Source: Candidatus Thorarchaeota archaeon (GTDB taxonomy: Archaea > Asgardarchaeota > Thorarchaeia > Thorarchaeales > Thorarchaeaceae). From it: a stretch of 30,922 nucleotides of DNA. Positions 1-7,938 of the stretch are shown here, piece after piece (the first letter of the stretch is position 1; every line of letters starts with the position of its first letter). The notes below the pieces were generated by a model that worked only from the letters and a program-made list of their open reading frames with translations, was not told the origin of the DNA and did not search any database. The position numbers and the translations under genes were made by a program. The stretch lies in the NCBI GenBank assembly GCA_048882325.1, contig JBHLRS010000036.1:1-30922 (forward strand), read 5' to 3'.

Positions 1-2070
1 GGAGGAAAGAGTGACACTCCTGAGGTGAGAGAGAGGACAACCAATTTAGTCAAGACTATACTCGAGAAAATTCCAGCGGACTATTCACCAAATCATGATA
101 TTGATCTTATACTCGAAGTCACTGGTTGGGGACAGAAGTGGCGTCACGAATTATATGTGAAAGCTTCTGGTCTGAAAGAGAGTGCACTTTCACTTCGAGA
201 TGAGTTATTGCGAGAACACCCCTCAGAAGTCCCTGAAACTACTGTACTAAAAATGGGACTTGAAAACATATTGGGTCAGGTAGAATATACAAAAGGTCGT
301 TTAACGGATGCTGTAGTTCCATTGTCTAGCTGGGCATCGATTGCTTCTGCAATTTCTGAACGGTTCTGCAAGCCCGTCCATGATCTAAAGGGTTTGAGAT
401 ATGCTCATGAAATTCGAATGGCTATGCTTGATGAACTTGAGCGAGAATTCAATATTCCCACAACTTTGGAGGATTATGAAGCACGAATGGGTCGCGTTGT
501 GACTACGAAAGCAGCAGAGATTCTGACATCTGATTCGGATAATGCACTTGAAACGATCTCAAGCTTCCTTCGTGTAGATGTTGACGATATAAGAGCACAA
601 CTTCGGAGGAAAGGAATCAGTGACCCTTCAATCATTGGTCCTGGTCTTCGGGCATTGACCGAGGAAATTGTTTCTGAAACATCCCAACCAGAAGTCAGTA
701 AGGAAGAACTCGAGATGCTTGAGCGGTCATTGAGAACCCTTGAGAAGATGGAAAAGACACTCAATGGACCTGTAAAGGGAATGCTTCGCTCAAGAGGTCT
801 CAGAGCCGCTGAGCTAGACAAAATCAATGTTGAGATGTTTGCCAAAGACCGCTCGAAACTTGTTGGCATTGAGGTCGAGGTTCTTGAGGCACTGAAGAAG
901 AAGATGAGAGTTCCCCCTCCAGATGAGGTGGAACGTCTTCTAAAGACGCGAGAACAGGTGCAAAGTGGAGCTCTGAGTAATCTTGGTATCTCCTCTGCTC
1001 GTGACTTCAGTCAACAACGAGCTGAGGAAGAAACAGTACTCAGCTTGCGTCTTGACATCATCTGGCACTTTACAATTGGGATTCTGACTAACCTGACTAG
1101 AGTTGTTGAGTCATATATACGATCGAAGCAGGATCTGTTGAGAATAAAGGCTCTCCTCAAGAGCATCTACGAAGACACCGATATGGTTTTGCAATTCCTA
1201 CGAGAAGAAATTCTGATTGACCTTGCATCAATGAGGATCTATGAGATGAAGGTTCTCTATCCTGAGCTAGATGCAAAAACAATCTGCACTTGGATGCATG
1301 CTCGTTTCTCAAGTAAAGACATGACAGCTGCCAGTAAAGACCTTGAAACTTCGACAAGTCCAGTTTTCGAAGGGATTGTCGATAGACCTCTGAATATGTC
1401 AAGCTTGGAGTTTGACAATTATGCAATTGCTTTTGATATCATGCAGCGATTTCTGAAGCAGGAACGTCTGGAGAAGCTCGCAAAGGAAGAGTTTGCATTT
1501 GAAACCAAGCAGAAGGAGAAGCGGAGAATCGAGGAGAAGAAAGAGGGCATCGATGTCCTGATGTATCTTCATAACAAAGCTCGTACCGTTTTCCGTGCAA
1601 TTAATCGCGTTGGCATAAAGGGCCTTGAATGGACTCCTAATGACACAACCAAATGTGCCAACTTGCTAGCTTACTACATCAAGATCAATCGTGGACGAAA
1701 GATTTGCACTGCTTGTGGTTCAGTTCCGATGGATGCGAAGTGCAAGCAGCATGGCGGCAATTTTATGAAAGATGCTTCAGATATGGACAATCTTTCTGTA
1801 TTCATCATGAGAAGTCTCTTTGAAATCAAAGAAGGATTGATAGGCGAGGGTCGCGGCGTCGAACCCATGTCTTGGGACAAAGCCAAGTCGACGGTTGAAC
1901 GAGAGATTGGAATTCTCAAGAGAAAGGGTAAGCTGACCTCAAAGACAAACTTGAAGGAACTTATGCCTGGAGAGATCAATTATGTCGTAGGTCCCGCAAT
2001 GTGTGCAATTGTAGGGAAATACTTCAATGAGTCTCTCGGTTACGCGGCTCGTAGAGCTGACATCGCATAA
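1..2070 (+). CDS. Large helical/coiled-coil hypothetical protein (5'-truncated by window edge) with C-terminal CxxC-x8-CxxH putative zinc finger
   Basis: Frame is open from base 1 (GGKSDTPEV...), so GTG at 25 is probably internal. Charged helical composition; CTACGSVPMDAKCKQHG near the C-terminus. No family recognised. Confidence 0.8.
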   Translation, partial: GGKSDTPEVRERTTNLVKTILEKIPADYSPNHDIDLILEVTGWGQKWRHELYVKASGLKESALSLRDELLREHPSEVPETTVLKMGLENILGQVEYTKGRLTDAVVPLSSWASIASAISERFCKPVHDLKGLRYAHEIRMAMLDELEREFNIPTTLEDYEARMGRVVTTKAAEILTSDSDNALETISSFLRVDVDDIRAQLRRKGISDPSIIGPGLRALTEEIVSETSQPEVSKEELEMLERSLRTLEKMEKTLNGPVKGMLRSRGLRAAELDKINVEMFAKDRSKLVGIEVEVLEALKKKMRVPPPDEVERLLKTREQVQSGALSNLGISSARDFSQQRAEEETVLSLRLDIIWHFTIGILTNLTRVVESYIRSKQDLLRIKALLKSIYEDTDMVLQFLREEILIDLASMRIYEMKVLYPELDAKTICTWMHARFSSKDMTAASKDLETSTSPVFEGIVDRPLNMSSLEFDNYAIAFDIMQRFLKQERLEKLAKEEFAFETKQKEKRRIEEKKEGIDVLMYLHNKARTVFRAINRVGIKGLEWTPNDTTKCANLLAYYIKINRGRKICTACGSVPMDAKCKQHGGNFMKDASDMDNLSVFIMRSLFEIKEGLIGEGRGVEPMSWDKAKSTVEREIGILKRKGKLTSKTNLKELMPGEINYVVGPAMCAIVGKYFNESLGYAARRADIA

Positions 2071-2075
2071 AGTCC

Positions 2076-2396
2076 TCAATCATCTACAACATTTTGGGAA
2101 ATCCAATTAAGATAATCCTGAGACCCCCACTTGATTGGTAGGACTACATACTCAGGTACATCATAGGGATGTTCATTCTTTATTGCGTTCCATAGCACTT
2201 CAACCCATTGAGATTCCGTCTTCATAACCAAGAGAGCTTCATCGTCAGTGACAATGTCACCCTTCCAATGATAAATACTGGTTACCTTAGGAATAATGTT
2301 GACGCAGGCGCAGACTTTCTTCTCGACTAAAAAACGTGCCAGAGCCTCGCTCTTCTCAACTGGACACGTAGTAAGTGCTACGACATACTCTTGCAT
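2076..2396 (-). CDS. cutA: Divalent-cation tolerance protein CutA
   Basis: 106 aa with CutA motifs ACVNIIP..SIYHWKG, E.LLVMKT, HPYDVPE, YLNWI. Confidence 0.95.
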   Translation of the reverse strand: MQEYVVALTTCPVEKSEALARFLVEKKVCACVNIIPKVTSIYHWKGDIVTDDEALLVMKTESQWVEVLWNAIKNEHPYDVPEYVVLPIKWGSQDYLNWISQNVVDD

Positions 2397-2497
2397 GACC
2401 TATTAATCACCATCTTGCCATATAGCGACTTCTGTTGGTCTTTCATAAAGCGAAGGTCATTTATACCCACTCAAAAGCTCGGGGGCTCGGTGATTCC

Positions 2498-3895
2498 GTG
2501 AGAAAATTCAAGCCAATAGGAGTAATGCCTGCACTCGTCACTCCCTTCACTCGCGATGGGGACATCAGTGAGGAAGGTTACAAGCAGGTCATTGACTATA
2601 CAATTGAAAATGGTGCCACGGGAGTAGTTACTCTTGGAACCACCGGAGAATTCTCCTATCTACGAACAGAAGAACGCAAGAAGATGCTGAAACTAACTCT
2701 GGAGTATGTTGATGGAAGAGTTCCAATTATAGCTGGAACAGGACAGCATAGCACTCGCGCTACAGTAGACCTCACAAAATATGCTGCAGATCTTGGATGC
2801 GATGCAGCGCTGGTGATATCTCCTTATTATCTCCGACCATCTGACAAAGGATACTATGAACATTATGCGACTGTCTCGAGAAAAGCTGACCTCCCAGTCT
2901 TGATGTACAATATTCCTCAATGCACCCTCGGAGTCCTTAATTCTAATATCGTCGAGGACTTGGCTGAGCTTGACAACATCATTGGTATCAAGGATAGTAG
3001 TGGAAGTGTTCCGTACATTCTCGAACTGATTCAGAAGCTCAAAGGTAAGATGGAAGTCATAATTGGGGCAGACGAGTGTTTCTTGTCAGCAGTTGTAGCA
3101 GGTTCAAAAGCGGCGATAATGGCTTCAGCTAACGTCATTCCTCACCTCTGGCTTGAAATAATGAGGTTGGCTCAAAGTGGAAAGATAGAGGAAGCCGCTG
3201 AGCTTCAACAGACCACTCAGACCTTTGCTCGAATGGTTTTAAAATATGGAGCAGCTCCTCCTGTGAAAGCCGCTCTTAGAATGTTGGGTGTCAAGGCTGG
3301 TCGTTCCAGGATGCCTTTGGATAGCGGAGGAACACTCACCCCTGAGATAAAAGAAGAGATTCGTATTGAACTTGAGAGAATGGGTCTGATTGAGAATATT
3401 GACCACGAAACCGTTCAGAAGGACATTCATATTCTTGAATTTTTGAAGGAGCAAGGTGTAGCTATCCGTGAAACTGCAGAGATTCAATCCAGCTTCGCAG
3501 CTAATGATACGGTATCAGCAGGCATCGTTGTAGGTCGAAAGAATGGTCCTTTGGGTCATGCCTTTGTCCAGTTACTGACAATGCCAAAAAATGGTCATGA
3601 AGCATTGACAGTTATCCTTGAGCCGAACCTACCTGTCAAACCAAGTAGCCTAATGCTCCCTATAAGGAAGATCCAATCAATGCGTCAAGCTTCTCTCTTC
3701 TATGGCCCTATACAATCAGGAGCTGCTAAAGCCATCGCAGCATTCTTGGAGGCTGGAAAGATTCCCAAGAACTCCTTGACCGATGATGTGACAATCCTTG
3801 CACTGGATATTGATTTGAATGCAAGAGACCGCCGTGAGCTCACGACAGCAGCACAACAAGCTGTTGAAAGTGCACTTGCGGGAATATGGGGGTGA
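2498..3895 (+). CDS. DapA/NAL-family class I aldolase fused to C-terminal Fae-like domain (paralog 1)
   Basis: PALVTPF, GTTGEF, PYY, YNIP, GIKDSSG (Schiff-base Lys). The C-terminal ~140 aa carry the Fae-type segments ILEPNLPVKP and RQA..FYGP.QSG.AKA. Start moved to GTG 2498, preceded by a GGTGA SD. Confidence 0.88.
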   Translation: MRKFKPIGVMPALVTPFTRDGDISEEGYKQVIDYTIENGATGVVTLGTTGEFSYLRTEERKKMLKLTLEYVDGRVPIIAGTGQHSTRATVDLTKYAADLGCDAALVISPYYLRPSDKGYYEHYATVSRKADLPVLMYNIPQCTLGVLNSNIVEDLAELDNIIGIKDSSGSVPYILELIQKLKGKMEVIIGADECFLSAVVAGSKAAIMASANVIPHLWLEIMRLAQSGKIEEAAELQQTTQTFARMVLKYGAAPPVKAALRMLGVKAGRSRMPLDSGGTLTPEIKEEIRIELERMGLIENIDHETVQKDIHILEFLKEQGVAIRETAEIQSSFAANDTVSAGIVVGRKNGPLGHAFVQLLTMPKNGHEALTVILEPNLPVKPSSLMLPIRKIQSMRQASLFYGPIQSGAAKAIAAFLEAGKIPKNSLTDDVTILALDIDLNARDRRELTTAAQQAVESALAGIWG

Positions 3896-3900
3896 ACAAA

Positions 3901-5376
3901 ATGCCAAAGAAATATCGCTTCAAAGGTGTGTACCCCGCGCTGGTCACACCTTTCAATGAGAATGGTGTAAATGAAAAACAGTATCGGGGTCTAATTGAAC
4001 ACACCATCAAACTTGGAGCCACTGGAATAGTTCCATGCGGAACGACGGGTGAGTTCACAAGCATGAGGTTTGAAGAGAAGGTTGATGCAATCCGTATTGC
4101 GTGTGAGGTCGCAAAAGGTCGAGTTCCTGTCTTGGCTGGAACTGGAGCTGCATATACTGGTGATGTTGTTAAGTTAACCCGAAGAGCGGCTGAATTGGGT
4201 GCAGCAGGCGCACTTGTGGTGTCACCGTATTTTCTTAAACCATCGGACAAGGAGATCTATGAGCACTTTGAGAAGGTCGCAAACAACAGTGACATACCAA
4301 TCTTTGTCTATAACATTCCTCAAGTAACAGGAGTCCCATTACACTGGACACTCATTGATGGACTCCGAGAGATTGATGGCATCATAGGTCTTAAAGACTC
4401 CAGTGGCGATTTGATCAATCTAACCACCATTCTTGTGAGAAAACCCGAAAACTTTCAGGTAGTTGTGGGTCATGATGAGGTAGCACTCCCAGCCCTCGCT
4501 TCAGGCTGCGATGGGGCAATCCTAGCCAGTGCCAATGTTTTTCCTGACCGTTATCTCAAAATGCAGACAGCTCTTGCTACGGGGGACCTGAAGGAAGCTC
4601 TCATTATTCAGCGAAGTATTCAGAAGATAGTTCGTATCTTTGTTAATCATGGTGGAGGATTAGCTGTCAAGGCTGCTCTAAATATGATGGGCGTTCCTGT
4701 TGGGTCAGCAAGACCACCCCTAGAGATTGGTGATGCATTAGGCTATGATATGTATGACGAGATTCGAACTTGTCTTGAAGACCTTCAGATGATTCCTCGT
4801 GGTATTGTCACTTTCAAGATGGGAGACCGGTCCATTGAGTCAGAGGCTTATCCAAAAGCAGTGGGTATGGTCCCTGATGTCATTGAGGATTTGACACTAC
4901 TTCATGGTGAAGCACTCTTTGGTGGTGGAAGTGACGTTGCCCATGTTGATTTGATTCTAGGGTTGCGTGATGGTCCCATGAGTGTGGCTCTAAAGAATGC
5001 TGGAAAAATCACTGAGAACACTCATCCATCCAATATTATCAAGGATTTGGAGCTAGCAACAGTCTTTGCTCCTACTGTTACAATAACTTCAGAGAAACAC
5101 AAGGCAATGGTTTATGACGTAGCACAGAGAGCAGTTGCTGATGCAGTTCGAAGGACAATCACAGACACAATCATTCCCGAGGAACTTGTACCGGATTTGG
5201 TGATTGCAGCGAATGTTTTCGTTCACCCAAATGCTGTTAATCCAACACGCGTTCACATCAACAACTTCATTGCAGTGCGACACGCCATCCGTAGAGCTTT
5301 AGAAGGCCGTCAGAGTGTGGAGGAGATTGTTGCTAGAAAGGATTCTGCAAGACATCCATTCGCTTACAATCCCTAA
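3901..5376 (+). CDS. DapA/NAL-family class I aldolase fused to C-terminal Fae-like domain (paralog 2)
   Basis: PALVTPF, GTTGEF, YNIP, GLKDSSG. C-terminus has Fae motifs GEALFGGG..VAHVDLILG, AQRAVADAV, VFVHPNA, AIRRALEG and terminal HPF. ATG 3901 is preceded by a GGGGTGA SD that contains the upstream stop codon. Confidence 0.9.
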   Translation: MPKKYRFKGVYPALVTPFNENGVNEKQYRGLIEHTIKLGATGIVPCGTTGEFTSMRFEEKVDAIRIACEVAKGRVPVLAGTGAAYTGDVVKLTRRAAELGAAGALVVSPYFLKPSDKEIYEHFEKVANNSDIPIFVYNIPQVTGVPLHWTLIDGLREIDGIIGLKDSSGDLINLTTILVRKPENFQVVVGHDEVALPALASGCDGAILASANVFPDRYLKMQTALATGDLKEALIIQRSIQKIVRIFVNHGGGLAVKAALNMMGVPVGSARPPLEIGDALGYDMYDEIRTCLEDLQMIPRGIVTFKMGDRSIESEAYPKAVGMVPDVIEDLTLLHGEALFGGGSDVAHVDLILGLRDGPMSVALKNAGKITENTHPSNIIKDLELATVFAPTVTITSEKHKAMVYDVAQRAVADAVRRTITDTIIPEELVPDLVIAANVFVHPNAVNPTRVHINNFIAVRHAIRRALEGRQSVEEIVARKDSARHPFAYNP

Positions 5377-5733
5377 TTGACCTGCCTTCACTTCATGCAG
5401 ATTGGTGGCGATGTAACCTCTTGAGATTTCAAGTGGAAATCATCATTGTCATTCCTACGTTACACTTTGTCTTGTTTCCTGATGAAGAAATCGATGTCTG
5501 GCCATTTGTTAAGACGATAAAATCGCTGATGTACTTGTGAAACTGGTGCCTGTAGCTCTTCTTAGAACCTCAAACTATTCCGTTGAGAAACCGCATTCTA
5601 GTTGAATCTCACGCTGTTAGAACGTATTGGTCTAGTGGGTTCTCCTATATATAGTGGAAAAGCAATCATACTCCTAAGTCTTGCATCCCTCTTAGACTGT
5701 CGCACCACCACGCATCCGTCGGAGTTACTTGCA

Positions 5734-5898
5734 ATGGCTGAAACCTACGTCATCCCAATGGGCGACATTCCTTCTCGCAAGTTGAGAAAGACCGTTAAGG
5801 TCTTCATTAAGGGAAAGGATGTTTCTCTGTACGATGATGGTGGGCAACAATACGGAGTCACTCTTGAAAAGAATCGACTCGTCTTGAAGACTGGTTAA
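5734..5898 (+). CDS. Small (54 aa) hypothetical protein
   Basis: ATG 5734 with GGAG about 10 nt upstream; protein-like sequence MAETYVIPMGDIPSRKLRKTVKVFIKG...LVLKTG. The extension back to 5602 looks non-coding. Confidence 0.6.
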   Translation: MAETYVIPMGDIPSRKLRKTVKVFIKGKDVSLYDDGGQQYGVTLEKNRLVLKTG

Positions 5899-5994
5899 TA
5901 ATCAGCTTCACCATGCCCTAGGGTGTCCTACTCTCTTTACGAGGCGAATAGTAGGTTTCAGCCTAAATCCGATGACTACTTCTTGAAAATACGA

Positions 5995-6072
5995 TGTGGC
6001 AAATCTCAGCTTGCTCTTGGCTCGTCATCGCCGAAGCTCAGCCAGGGGTAACCGCCTCACCGAATTGCCACA
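5995..6072 (-). ncRNA. Box C/D 2'-O-methylation guide sRNA
   Basis: Minus strand reads UGUGGCAAUUCG-GUGAGGC(C)-GGUUACCCCUGG-CUGA(D')-GCUUCGGCG-AUGACGA(C')-GCCAAGAGCAAG-CUGA(D)-GAUUUGCCACA. It has an 8-bp terminal stem, two perfect CUGA boxes, two 12-nt guides, a cUUCGg-capped internal K-turn and a terminal K-turn. Confidence 0.85.
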
Positions 6073-6092
6073 AGATGATATCAGATAGCTTT

Positions 6093-6100
6093 CCTATAAG
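6093..6100 (-). promoter_or_regulatory. Putative TATA box for the C/D sRNA
   Basis: CTTATAGG on the minus strand about 23-27 nt upstream of the sRNA 5' end, the expected archaeal TATA spacing. Confidence 0.45.
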
Positions 6101-6178
6101 TTGTACGAATCTGGAAGACGGTAAATCAGGAACCTTCATAGGATGGCATCGATGTGAATTTCTCAGGAGCAATGACAA

Positions 6179-7306
6179 ATGGATAAGTCCCGTATGTTGT
6201 CCCTTCTCAAAGACCTCTTAGCTGCCAACTCGCAGAATCCTCCTGGATATGAAGCTGACGTGGCAAAGGTCCTTCAAGATCATCTGGAATCTTTTGGCAT
6301 TGCATGCACCTCAGTTGGTCCAGCAAAGCGTCCCAATCTGATCTTTTCCAGCCACGACGGTCAGAAAGGTGACATCATTATGCACGGTCATATGGACACA
6401 GTTCCTGTAGGTCCAACAAAGGATTGGACCCATGACCCATTCGCTTCAGAAATTGTTAATGGCCGACTCTACGGAAGAGGCGCTTGCGATATGAAAGGTC
6501 CTATCGCCGCTCTTGTTGAGACCCTAATTCTCTATACTGAGGAGCGACATGCAAAGCCTCTTGTTGTACTCACAACATCAGATGAAGAGAGTGGTTGCTC
6601 TGGGGCTGAAGAGGTTGCTGCCAGCGGACTCCTCAACGGAATCCGTTATGGTGTTTGTGCAGAACCAACAGGTCTACAAGTTCTTGTTGGAGAGAAAGGG
6701 ATGTTCTGGTCTAAGGTCGTTGCAAAAGGAAAGTCTGCTCATGGTTCGCGACCGGAGGAAGGAATCAACGCAATTCAAGATTGTATAGATGCAATCAATA
6801 TTATCAAGGAGGAGGAGTTCTCGTATGAACCTGATGACCTACTTGGTGAGCCCACATTGAACATCGGGATGATTGAAGGTGGTATCAAAATTAATGTGGT
6901 TCCCGACCATTGTGAAGCTCAGCTTGACATGCGTATTGTGATGGGTCAAGATCCTGACTCTCTCTTGAAAGCGATGAATGGCCGACTAGAACACGCAGGA
7001 CTATCTGATAGAGTCAAGGTTGAATATGTGCATGGCCAACCAGCAGTTCTGACACCCACTGATTCTGAGATTGTGAAATTAGCTCAATCTACAGTGGAAC
7101 GAGAAACAGGAACCAGACCTACTTTGGGCACAGCTACATATGGAACAGATTGTTCAGTATTGCAACCCAAAGTTGGTATTCAACATGTAATCTGTGGACC
7201 AGGTTCGATAGAACAAGCTCATCAGCCTGATGAATACATTTCAATTGATGAGTTGCATAAATCTGTGAGTATCTATCTAAAGATTGCACGCTATTTTGGC
7301 GGCTGA
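6179..7306 (+). CDS. M20 family metallo-hydrolase (ArgE/DapE-like deacylase)
   Basis: HGHMDTVP, GRGACDMKG, SDEE, AEPT, HGSRPEEG, GGIKINVVPD, AHQPDE motifs. Confidence 0.93.
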   Translation: MDKSRMLSLLKDLLAANSQNPPGYEADVAKVLQDHLESFGIACTSVGPAKRPNLIFSSHDGQKGDIIMHGHMDTVPVGPTKDWTHDPFASEIVNGRLYGRGACDMKGPIAALVETLILYTEERHAKPLVVLTTSDEESGCSGAEEVAASGLLNGIRYGVCAEPTGLQVLVGEKGMFWSKVVAKGKSAHGSRPEEGINAIQDCIDAINIIKEEEFSYEPDDLLGEPTLNIGMIEGGIKINVVPDHCEAQLDMRIVMGQDPDSLLKAMNGRLEHAGLSDRVKVEYVHGQPAVLTPTDSEIVKLAQSTVERETGTRPTLGTATYGTDCSVLQPKVGIQHVICGPGSIEQAHQPDEYISIDELHKSVSIYLKIARYFGG

Positions 7307-7402
7307 TTACTGAATGTTATCATCAGGAATAACCTTAAAGTTCCCATTGTACGAGGAACAAGATACTGATGTGTTAATCAGACATCAGAGGGGCGTCCTA
7401 GA

Positions 7403-7927
7403 ATGCAACCAACAGAGATTATCGGTCAAATCGTTGATCTTCTAATGAGCCCAATTTTTCTTTTTGCCTTAGCAATGATCATTGTCGTTGGAGCTGTGAG
7501 ATATGCATCTAGATCAAAATCTCCATCGTCCATTTCTGCTCTAAGACAGATGCGCCGTATGACCTCTGAACTTGATAAAGGAAAAGACCTTTCCGATCCT
7601 AGTGTAGCAACACGTCAAGAAATTATCACAAAGAAATTCAACTCCCAGATGCAGGAATTAGGTCTCGAACCTGCTTCAGACAGTGGTTACGTCCCTGTAT
7701 CTCATACCCCCCTCGCACGGTACCTAAAGGACCGAGGAGTTGAAGATGATACTGTTGGTGCTATACTCGCCGGTCTCATGGAAGAAGAGAGTGAGGTTGA
7801 GGTCAGAGCAATCATAAATGCTGCTGCAGAAACACCCGGTGTTGACCTTACTGGTGAGGAACTTGAGAAAGCTCAGGAACTGGCAGTTAGCGAGTGGAAT
7901 AACCTACGTCGTACAAGAGAAGCATAG
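7403..7927 (+). CDS. Hypothetical protein with single N-terminal transmembrane helix
   Basis: Hydrophobic PIFLFALAMIIVVGAV followed by basic residues and an acidic helical domain; GAGGGG SD; 11 nt from alaX. Confidence 0.8.
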   Translation: MQPTEIIGQIVDLLMSPIFLFALAMIIVVGAVRYASRSKSPSSISALRQMRRMTSELDKGKDLSDPSVATRQEIITKKFNSQMQELGLEPASDSGYVPVSHTPLARYLKDRGVEDDTVGAILAGLMEEESEVEVRAIINAAAETPGVDLTGEELEKAQELAVSEWNNLRRTREA

Positions 7928-7938
7928 AAGGGTCTAAC

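Noticed and set aside
3893-3895. Selenocysteine read-through of TGA joining the two fusions
   Set aside because: The next gene is in a different frame with its own SD; the read-through peptide is short and not protein-like.
5377-5600. Additional C/D sRNA (ATGATGA on minus strand ~5446; CTGATGA...CTGA on plus strand 5479-5529)
   Set aside because: No complete C/D'/C'/D set with proper spacing or terminal stem.
5994-6221. 75-aa ORF
   Set aside because: Antisense to the C/D sRNA and overlapping the M20 start; not protein-like.
2498-7306. dapA-dapA-dapE lysine biosynthesis operon
   Set aside because: The aldolases lack the DHDPS Arg and carry Fae domains; there is no dapB/asd/lysA, and the M20 gene is separated by about 800 bp containing other elements.
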